From: Limisphaerales bacterium
GTDB lineage: Bacteria > Verrucomicrobiota > Verrucomicrobiia > Limisphaerales > SIBE01
Reading direction: 5' to 3'
DNA: 64,000 nucleotides
Assembly (NCBI GenBank): GCA_044225505.1
Contig: JBGAIN010000009.1
Span: forward strand, 18,592-82,591
The position numbers and the translations under genes are program-made. Below are positions 56,358 to 64,000 of the stretch, piece after piece. Each line of letters opens with the position of its first letter. Position 1 is the stretch's first letter. A model generated the notes under the pieces. The model was given only the letters and a program-made list of their open reading frames with translations, was not told the DNA's origin and searched no databases.

Positions 56358-59300
56358 TCAATTTGGTAACCGTAAGCGAAAGAACTTGTCCGGTCCTACC
56401 GCTGCCGGGTGAAACGGCGATACGGCTCCAGGCACAGCGATCCATGGTCCGTTCACATCGGTGGCTTGTTCGAGGGTTACGGTCGGATCGGACCACAGGA
56501 GCGTCGCGGTCGTGGCGGACGGGAAGATCTGTAGCTCCGGGTTCAGCGTCAAAATGGCAGCCTGGCTCCAGACGTCGTGACACGGGTTACTGACTTGCAC
56601 GCGGTAGGTGCCGGCATCCGTCGGAGCGACATCGCGAATCGTCAACGTCGCGGTGGTTGCGCCTCCAATTCGTGGAGCCGGACTGCCAAAGGGGAGTTCG
56701 ACGGAATCAACGACTGGGGCGTCGCCGTGGAACCATTGATACTTGAGGGCGGGCGGGCCTGTCGCTGAAACGGTGAAGGTGGCAATGCTGCCGGCGCGAC
56801 GGTATTGCGCGGCAGGCTGTTCGTTGAGGAGCGGAGTGTCCACCGCGATTAACTCCCAGGTTTCACCGCTAAGGTCGCGAGCGCCGTTGCCCGTGGCGCC
56901 GCCGAACAGAACTGTAACGTGTCGAGCCTCATCATAGGCCATTGCCAGACTGTAGCGGGGGGACGGCCGCACGACGGGTTGGAAGACCGCCCAGCTCGTG
57001 CCATCAAGAAAGCCCGTATCATTAGACGGTTTATTGCCGCCGAACCACACGGCCCGCCGGCGGTAGCGGTCGTAGCTAAGATCCCCAAATTGGGCGCGCC
57101 TGAATTCCGGCGTATTAAAGTCGAATTTGCCAGCCCAGCGGCTGCCATCCCAGCCCCAGAAAGTCCATTCGGTGGTTGGAATGTCCTCCACGGTCGGCCC
57201 AAAGAGCCAAAGAGGGCGAGCTTGTGAAACGTGTCGTAGGCCAGGCCGCCGTAAACCTGACTGTAGTTGATACTCGGGCCGTTTGTTGCGATGTAGGATT
57301 GCCAACCGTTTCCGTTCCATTCCCAAACCGCTCCAGGAGTTGGGTCCGGCGCACCGCCCGAGACAAATCCGCCCGTCATGACAATCACGCCGCGAGAGCT
57401 GTCGTAGGTCATCGCCGGGTTGCTTCTCGGGGCAGGGCCGTCGGAGGTGCGGTAGTGCCAGTTCAGCCCGTCCCATTCCCATGTGTCGTTGAGAAAAACT
57501 TGAAAGCGCAATGGATCATAAGTGACGCCGCCGAAAAGAACCAGCCGTCCGCGCCGTGCGTCATAGGCCATGGCATGTTGCCGCCGCGCCACGGGGCGAA
57601 CGGTATTCTGAGGTTTAAAACCGCCACGTCCGTCTGGGAGCCAGCCGGTTTGGCGATCGAGCGGCAAGCGTTCCGTCCAGCGGTTCCCATCCCATTCCCA
57701 AAGATCGTTCGCCTCACTGGGCGTGTCGGAACTCGCATCCAGGACGTTACCTCCAAATAGGGTGGTGACGCGTCGCATGGAATCGTAGGCGAGCGCGTGC
57801 TCCGCCCGGGCGGGCGGTCCATTGGTCCGCCGTTGAACCCATTGTGGACCTGGCTTCACCGTCAACTTGGCGACTTTACTGGTGACGACATTCGCCGGAT
57901 GGCAAGAGTCGGAGATGATAACGTCGTAGTTGCCTTCATGAGCATAGAGCACCGGCTGAATGAACAAGCTTGAGGATTGGGCGCCCGCGATGGTGCTGTC
58001 GCCATTCGTTAACGTGGCCCCATCGAGCCTCCATTGAAACTGGAACGGTTTCACTCCGAGGGCTTCAACCGATAGAGTCGCGCCAGAACAAACGTCGACG
58101 GCGGTGTTGGCCGGTTGAGTTACGATCTCGAGCCCGACGCGAATGTAGAATTCGTCGGAAAAGACCGTGCCGCATGAATTGGTGAGTTCAAAACGGTAAA
58201 ACCCAGTATCCGATTCAGCTGCCTTCTCGATAAAAAAGAACTCGCGTCCGGCAAACACGGAGTAGGAAAGCCCGGTATTGCTCCAAGTGGCTCCGGTTCT
58301 TTTCTGCAGTCGAATCTCAATCGGCAAGCTCCCGGCATAACGCGGCGCTTGGATGGAGACCGAGTCTCCGGGGCAAACCGCCGCGTCATAGACCGGGGGA
58401 CCGGTCAGAGACGGAGGTTCCAGGACATTGACCAAGCACCGGCGGCTGGCGATCTCGCCGCATTCATTCTTAGCGACGCAAACGTAAGTGCCAGCGTCGG
58501 GCGCGGCGGCGGAACGAACGACCAGGATTTTGCCGGTGGCGCCTTCGATAGGTTGATCGTTCCTATACCATTGCACTTCCGCGTCTCCCGCCACAGTGAC
58601 CGCCAGCACTCCATTCTCGCCCTGGCACCAGTCCGCGCGCGGTGGCAAGTCCACAACCCACCCGGGTTCCCCGCGCAGCAGTTGCCAGGTATCCGTGAAA
58701 TAGAAAGAATTGTCGGGTGGATCGAGGCGGAACCCGCCGTAAAGAACCATTTGCCCAAGATCCGGATCGAAACACAGCGCCGAGCCACCGCGCCGCGCGC
58801 TGGACGGCATGGCACCGATAATCGTCCATTTGGACGCCGCCGCGTCCCAAGCATAGGTCGCTTCGAGGTAGGAGTAGAGCGAACTCGGGGCTTTGCCGCC
58901 CTGGCGAATGACTTGGCGACGGTACGAATCGTAGGCCAGGCCCACGCCGATGTGCCCTTCGAACGGGGCACCGGAGACAGCTACTTGTTGCCAGCGGCTC
59001 TGCGCGGCAGTTGCGCCTGGAATATACTCCCATGTCTCTTCGAAAATGCTGTCCCAGTCGATGGCGTAAAGAAGTCCGCGGCCGCGGCCGCTGTCGAAAC
59101 AGAAGGCTGGCCGCCCTTGGCCGCCGACAGGCCCCAAGTTGGGCCCTTGTTCCCAAGCTGTCCCGGTCCACTCCCAGGTCTGGTACAGGCCATTGGGCAA
59201 GTCATTTAAAGCGTGCAGCAGGATGACGCGATCGCGACCGGAGTCGTAGATCATAGAATCGAAATTGGACGCTAATGGCCACGCGCCAGGATGTTTAATC

Positions 59301-59782
59301 TCGCTCCAGCGCGAGCCATTCCACTCCCAGAAGTCGTTCCGATAGGTGAATCCAATAAAGCCGCCGAAAAGCATAAGAGTGCCGCGGGCGGTGTTGAAAC
59401 AAGTCCCAAATTCAGAACGCGGGCCTTGCGGAATGGGCAAAGGCGAATTGACCTCGAACCATTCGCGGCCATTCCAGTGAAAGAGGTGAATCTCTTGAAA
59501 ACAACGATCGCAAACTTCGCAATTCCCGCAGTATTGCGGATCAGGAAGCGGTGGACGACCCAGCACGGCCAATGGCATATGCCGGACGGAATCGTAGACC
59601 AAGCCATCCAGGGACCAGTGTTTGTCTCCAAGTGCGGGCGCTATCTCGGCCAAGCGGCGCCATTCGAAACACTGCGCTCCGCTGACACTCCGCCCGAGAT
59701 CGGTCAGGCACCCGAGCAGGAAAAGGAAAAACAAACTCGCCCGGACGGAACGAAGCGGCCCTCTTTTGGTCACGTTTTTCAT
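56358..59782 (-). pseudogene. Large secreted Kelch-repeat / Ig-like-domain protein broken by an 8-bp tandem duplication
   Basis: Signal peptide MKNVTKRGPLRSVRASLFFLFLLG. Repeated WEW(N/D)GxxW...(L/V)FGG Kelch motifs. Four I-set-like Ig domains (DAGTYVCVAKNECG, DTGFYRFELTNSCG, HEGNYDVIISDSCH, DAGTYRVQVSNPCH). The frame switches at 57199-57214. The C-terminus is ...GPWIAV...DKFFRLRLPN. Confidence 0.8.
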
Positions 59783-60139
59783 TGCCTCGAGTTTGACCTT
59801 TTCCCGGGAACGGCTCGGAAAGTTGCCCGGATCATAGACGGCGGAGACCGCCAGACAACACCGAAGTGACTGTGCGACTTCCTGGCAAAGACGCCCCTGG
59901 TTTAGCATCCCGATTTCTTCCAAGGATCCGTCGGCTTGGTCAAACCGGGCGCTTATCGACTGCGCGGGAGGGCGAATAGCCGACGGCCTGCTTCATGTTT
60001 TCTCTTGGCACTTCTTTATAGCGTCTTGTTCTGGGGCCGATTTCAATGGTCCGCTATGCATGGTTCGAGCCCTGTTCCTGCTCAACTGGCTCCGGCAAAG
60101 ACCTGCACGGCAAGTCCTGAGACAGGGCCCACCCGCGGC

Positions 60140-60970
60140 TCACAAGGCCGCGTAGAGTCGCTGCATTCCCTCCAAAGCCGAGAGGGACAAACCAATGGCG
60201 TTGTCCGGAACAGTTGCCTCCCTGCAATTGAGCCGGATGAGAGTGCCTCGCAGCCGCGCGGCGAGCCGTTCCGACGTAACCCTTACGGTCGGAATAGCCG
60301 TGCCTGCGCCTAGTTCCACAACAACGAACCTGGCGCTGGACTCCTGCAATCCTTCCACCCAAAGCCGGAACCGGTCCTGTTGATCCCGGGTCCGCCTGTC
60401 GAGCCAGGACCCGTCTCCGAACATCAGGATATTGGGACGCGCCAAAGCAGAGCAAAATTGACACCGGGGAAGTGGATCCAACGCCCTGAACGCCCTCTCG
60501 TCAATCCTGACCGTTTCTCCGTCGGCTTTCCAGATTTCCTGGCAGCACGGTCTCGTGCATTGAAGGTGGTGGATCGAGCCATGGCACTCCACGATACGCT
60601 CCGGCGCAAAACCGGCCCTCTGAAAGTGTCCATCGACATTGGACGTGAACACCCAATAGTGGTGCTTTTTTGGAGAGCCAATCTCTAGGAGATGGCCAAA
60701 GCCCCGATGTGGGTTGGTGCAACGATAAAGATTCAGGCGATGTCCATAGAAGGCCCAGGCCAAATGCGGATCGGTCTGAAACCAGGCCGGGTTCGCCATC
60801 TCCTCGAACGATAATCCGAGCTTTGCAATGACCGGGTAAGCTCTCCAAAAACCCTCGGTGCCACGGAAATCAGGCAGACCGGAATCGACGCCCATTCCAG
60901 CTCCGGCAGAGACCAGGAGCGCATCGGATTCACGCAGTGCGGCAGCGGCCTGCCTGATCTGTTCAGACAT
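60140..60970 (-). CDS. SIR2-family NAD-dependent protein deacylase (sirtuin)
   Basis: SAGAGMGVDSGLPDFRG, TSNVDGHF, ECHGS, and Zn-binding Cys pairs (CTRPCC...CQFC). The start is ATG 60970 (MSEQIRQAAA) or 60988. Confidence 0.85.
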   Translation of the reverse strand: MSEQIRQAAAALRESDALLVSAGAGMGVDSGLPDFRGTEGFWRAYPVIAKLGLSFEEMANPAWFQTDPHLAWAFYGHRLNLYRCTNPHRGFGHLLEIGSPKKHHYWVFTSNVDGHFQRAGFAPERIVECHGSIHHLQCTRPCCQEIWKADGETVRIDERAFRALDPLPRCQFCSALARPNILMFGDGSWLDRRTRDQQDRFRLWVEGLQESSARFVVVELGAGTAIPTVRVTSERLAARLRGTLIRLNCREATVPDNAIGLSLSALEGMQRLYAAL

Positions 60971-61035
60971 GGTGGAAGTTTCCCTCATACTCCCCCGGAT
61001 CGACAAGTTCCAACCATGTCCAAGCCAAAACCAAG

Positions 61036-61815
61036 TCACCGCTTCCGCGGTGCCGGGAAGAAGAAGCGGATTTGGCTATCTACAGCCGCAGCTTTCTCCG
61101 TCAGCTCCTCGTAGGGACGGCGCGCCATGATAAACTCCAGCAACTCGGACATCAGCTCCCTCAGCTTCCGTCGACGTTCAAGCTGTTCCCTCCGCCGTTC
61201 CTTCTGCTCGCTGTTCGCCTCGGCGGCGGGCGCTTCTACCGTCTTGGCTGCCGCTTCGACCATTCGCGCCGTGATCCTTCGCGAACCCGCCCGCGCGGCG
61301 GCCTGCTGCCACGCCTCAATTCTCTTGGGCGGGTCCAGGCGCACCAAGGCGCGCAGCTGTGATTCGAATTCGGGTTGAACCAGACCGGGGACGCTCCGGA
61401 GGGTGTCGGATACGGACGCGGCTCCGATCAAGTAATAAACTTTGGAACGGCCAAAGCCCCAGCGCACGCTGCAGTAGGCGTCAAAGCTAAGATAACTTCC
61501 TCGCCAAAGTTCCTGTTGGCAAATCTGGCGGAGGGCTCGTCCAGCCTCAAGCCAACTGCTGTTGGCCGTGGCGACAAGCTCTTCGTAGGTCAACAGCTGC
61601 AAATACTCCGCGTCGGAGAGGGCGTCGGTGGCGCCGAGCACGCCGATATTTTGGACGTCCGACTTAGGCCTCTCGGGGGCGGGTGATGCCGCATCGGCTT
61701 TTACGATGGCAAGGCTGGAGCTGGATTGATTTGCTGGCCCTTCGCTCGACGGCGATTGGCCATGGGTTGCCTCGAGTGCGGTGCTGGGTCTTGGCGACGA
61801 GTGTGGATTTCGCAT
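61036..61815 (-). CDS. Hypothetical protein with a possible HTH-like segment and a charged coiled C-terminus
   Basis: The coding-looking frame ends 4 bp into the ORF-track sirtuin ORF. The segment LEAGRALRQICQQELWRGSYLSFDAYCSVRWGFGRSKVYYLIGAASV resembles HTH segments of ParB-like/phage-plasmid proteins, from memory only. The N-terminus is low-complexity. Confidence 0.45.
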   Translation of the reverse strand: MRNPHSSPRPSTALEATHGQSPSSEGPANQSSSSLAIVKADAASPAPERPKSDVQNIGVLGATDALSDAEYLQLLTYEELVATANSSWLEAGRALRQICQQELWRGSYLSFDAYCSVRWGFGRSKVYYLIGAASVSDTLRSVPGLVQPEFESQLRALVRLDPPKRIEAWQQAAARAGSRRITARMVEAAAKTVEAPAAEANSEQKERRREQLERRRKLRELMSELLEFIMARRPYEELTEKAAAVDSQIRFFFPAPRKR

Positions 61816-62834
61816 GGTTATAACTTTGGCCGGGCAGCCTTGGGGTGCCCTTTTAGGAATGATCTGACTCGCATCGGCGGGTGGAGAGCGGGTCCAGGAA
61901 CCCACTCGCTTCGGCGCCAGCGCCAGTCAGTTTATGTCAGTTCGCTATGGCTAAAGTTAAACCGGGGATTACTAATGCATGATGTTCGAAGAATGTCAAT
62001 GACTTATGCTTGTCCGTGCGCCTCTCCGCCACGCCGTGTCCGAACCGGGCTCGGCACAGTCAGGAGTCTTCCACATTTGTGGACGCTTTTATAAGTATCG
62101 GATAGTAAACAATTTCGCGATTAGCCAGCGCCGCTAAGTCGCACTGTTGCGGTCTTCGTCGCATTCAGAAAAAGATAAATCAGAGAGTCGCTCCTGCAGC
62201 TGAAACGACATCTTCCCGAGGTTGGAGCCACGCTTGTCCGTTAGGGAATGCACTTCGCGATGGGGAAAGAAATTCGTTCTCTTCTCTCACTCGTGTGCAC
62301 CGGCGTTTGCATTGGTGACTTGGGGAACGTTGTCTGAGGCGGACAAGCTTCCAATCGCGTTCGGACTCGATCAGGGGCTTAGCGGGAAGATCCCTTTGCC
62401 GTTTGGCATATCGTCCCGATGCATCTGGAACGATCGCATCTTCCTCACGGGTTTTGATCAGGATCGCAAGACGCGGCTCCATCGTCGCTCGCCACAGAAG
62501 TGGATCACCACCTCTGAGCTTGATAATGTCCAGCGGGACGCAGCGGCGAGGAATTGTTTGCTGACGGAGCCAGAGAATCAGGCAAAGATTTTCAATGTCT
62601 TTTGCGGGACGGTTCGCCGTTGGGTCGGAAGCCTTTGGCCGGATCCGTCCTGCGTTATCGCGGGAAGCGGACGCAAGCGAATTTCGGATCCTGAGAGAGG
62701 AAACCGGTTTGCTTCCGTCTTCAACGGACGCTAGTCCTGGGGACGAAAAGACGGTTGCGCTTCAACCGCTCTCGTTTGCAGCATCGAATGGGACTAAAGC
62801 CTCGACCATGGTGTTGATGCTCTGGATGTCCGAA

Positions 62835-63647
62835 TCAGCCGATGAGCACCGCGGCGGTGACCCCGGTGAGGAGAGCAAATGAAAGCTTGAGACGGTCGTG
62901 GGCATGGAATTGAAGTTCGGGGAGGAGATCCGCGCAGGCGATGCAAAGGAAGGTCCCTGCGGAAAACGCCAGGGCTGCCCCAAGACCCGAGGGGTGCGAC
63001 GTTCTCAAGTGCTCAGCGCCGAAGAAGAAGAGGAGCGCACCCAGCGGCGTTACCAGGGCAAAGGCTGCATTCACGATGTGCAACCAGCGCCCCGGGATAC
63101 GGCTTGCGGACATGAGTGTAGTGATCGCCAAGGCACCAAATGGTTTGTGCAGAATGACGGCTAACGCGGTGCCAACGCCCAGGGCACCGGTGTGTCCTTG
63201 CCGGTCAGCAATGACTGCCGACGCCAGGGCCAACCCGTCAAATACGGAGTGCAACGACAGTCCGATCGCGACACCCAGCCAGTCAAGGTGCTTAGGCTGA
63301 AAACTTCCGACAGCGTTGACGTGAGAATCGCCCGCTGCCGGTCCGCCTTCGGACACGTCGTGGTGGTGGAAAGGCAAAAACCGCTGGAGGAAAAACATGG
63401 TGAGAAATCCGCCCAGCAGCCACGCGACACCAGCATCAATAGACCGCAACTCGTGGACGCTGTGTGGAAGCAGGTGCAAGAGCGATAGACCTAGCATGAG
63501 ACCCGCCACGAAACTGATTCCCACCTGCAGCCGGGTATGGGTCAAGCGGAGGCGTGTCGGAAGCCACCCACCCAAGAGCGCAGCAAGAAATACAAGCAGA
63601 CTGTAAAAGGCCACCAATAGCGAGGGTGAGGACATGAAAGTTTTCAT
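62835..63647 (-). CDS. ZIP-family divalent metal transporter
   Basis: About 8 TM segments and a His-rich loop (FHHHDVSEGG). The ZIP signature region reads GLSLHSVFDGLALA...LAVILHKPFGALAI. The internal ATG at 63647 is preferred. Confidence 0.8.
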   Translation of the reverse strand: MKTFMSSPSLLVAFYSLLVFLAALLGGWLPTRLRLTHTRLQVGISFVAGLMLGLSLLHLLPHSVHELRSIDAGVAWLLGGFLTMFFLQRFLPFHHHDVSEGGPAAGDSHVNAVGSFQPKHLDWLGVAIGLSLHSVFDGLALASAVIADRQGHTGALGVGTALAVILHKPFGALAITTLMSASRIPGRWLHIVNAAFALVTPLGALLFFFGAEHLRTSHPSGLGAALAFSAGTFLCIACADLLPELQFHAHDRLKLSFALLTGVTAAVLIG

Positions 63648-63666
63648 GAAAAGGAACGCCCGAGTT

Positions 63667-64000
63667 TCAAGCGTGAGCACAGTGACAGTGACTCTGCGTA
63701 TCCGGTGGGTGGAGCTTGGATCCGGCCAATCGCGGTGAATAGGTGGAGCGAGCAATCTCCAACTCCCCCACCGAAGCTTCGTGCGGCATGAATTCCTCAC
63801 CCTGCCGGACCAGTCGAAAACTGTTAAACACGACCAGAAGCGACCCGGCCACATGGAAGAGAGCTGCCGCGATCGCATTGATATAGTTCAATCCGGCCAA
63901 GACGAGTCCGCCCAGCACGAAACTCACCCCTAACAAGAAATTCTGGTTGATCACTGATCGGGTCGTCCGAGACAGGTGCAGCAAAAAGGGCAGACGCCTC
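63667..64000 (-). CDS. C-terminal end of a P1B-type heavy-metal ATPase (partial, runs off the right edge)
   Basis: ...LSRTTRSVINQNFLLGVSFVLGGLVLAGL...GSLLVVFNSFRL corresponds to the last two TM helices of P1B ATPases. The His/Cys tail is HCHCAHA*. The frame stays open to base 64000. Confidence 0.7.
   Translation of the reverse strand, partial: RRLPFLLHLSRTTRSVINQNFLLGVSFVLGGLVLAGLNYINAIAAALFHVAGSLLVVFNSFRLVRQGEEFMPHEASVGELEIARSTYSPRLAGSKLHPPDTQSHCHCAHA

Noticed and set aside
58349-59209. 286-aa plus-strand ORF
   Set aside because: It is antisense to the Kelch/Ig gene and has no motifs.
62070-62083. 14-bp palindrome TCCACATTTGTGGA, which shares its TCCACA/TGTGGA core with the centre of the 48-bp palindrome
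   Set aside because: Palindromes with 6-bp arms are expected more than ten times by chance in 64 kb. Sharing a core with one other site is suggestive but not significant without a genome-wide motif count.
62222-62734. 170-aa plus-strand ORF in the gap between the sirtuin pair and the ZIP gene
   Set aside because: Only ~23 residues (IPLPFGISSRCIWNDRIFLTG) resemble the start of PQQ/beta-propeller proteins and the rest is unrecognisable. It is mentioned only as a possible gene remnant, not as a feature.
1-64000. Search for rRNA, tRNA, CRISPR arrays, transposases, integrases and phage genes
   Set aside because: None was recognised by eye on either strand. The only repeat structures found are those listed above. 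A tRNAscan, Rfam or ISfinder run could still reveal something I missed.

Overview
GC-rich bacterial chromosomal window with roughly 45 genes. I saw no rRNA, tRNA, CRISPR array, transposase or integrase. The gene content suggests a PVC-type organism (Verrucomicrobiota/Planctomycetota-like): an ECF sigma factor paired with a Ser/Thr kinase, several sigma-54 activators, and very large secreted RCC1, WD40, Kelch/Ig and CotH/lamin-tail proteins that share a ...FYR module. That taxonomic call is inference only. Left to right the window holds: an RCC1-repeat protein; an mdtA-mdtB-mdtC efflux operon whose last gene runs in frame into an outer-membrane lipoprotein; a divergent NtrB/NtrC-type pair; a double ABC transporter; DUF885; a WD40 protein; a twice-frameshifted GH15 gene; and an ECF sigma plus kinase-STAND-TPR pair followed by two secreted proteins built from an unrecognised ~130-aa domain. 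Next come a DUF4242 / SBP56 (MtoX-like) / SCO1 / methyltransferase operon with a sigma-54 promoter and its GAF-PAS activator, a 5'-truncated CPA2 antiporter gene abutting a perfect 48-bp palindrome, a sugar transferase, and a ~1,530-aa CotH/LTD protein. After these sits a three-gene signalling operon: a histidine kinase with haem-c motifs and a Zn-ribbon insert in its ATPase domain, plus two receiver/GcvH-like proteins. The right end holds a 304-bp element bounded by 18-bp inverted repeats, several decayed genes, an esterase/GH43-like protein, an M20 peptidase, a sirtuin pair, a ZIP transporter and a partial P1B-ATPase. Best candidates for something new are the kinase + REC-GcvH-like operon, the unknown secreted-domain family next to the ECF/kinase pair, and the RND-OMF fusion. 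Four genes carry frameshifts, three of them at short homopolymers, so assembly indel error must be excluded before any fusion or pseudogene claim is trusted.
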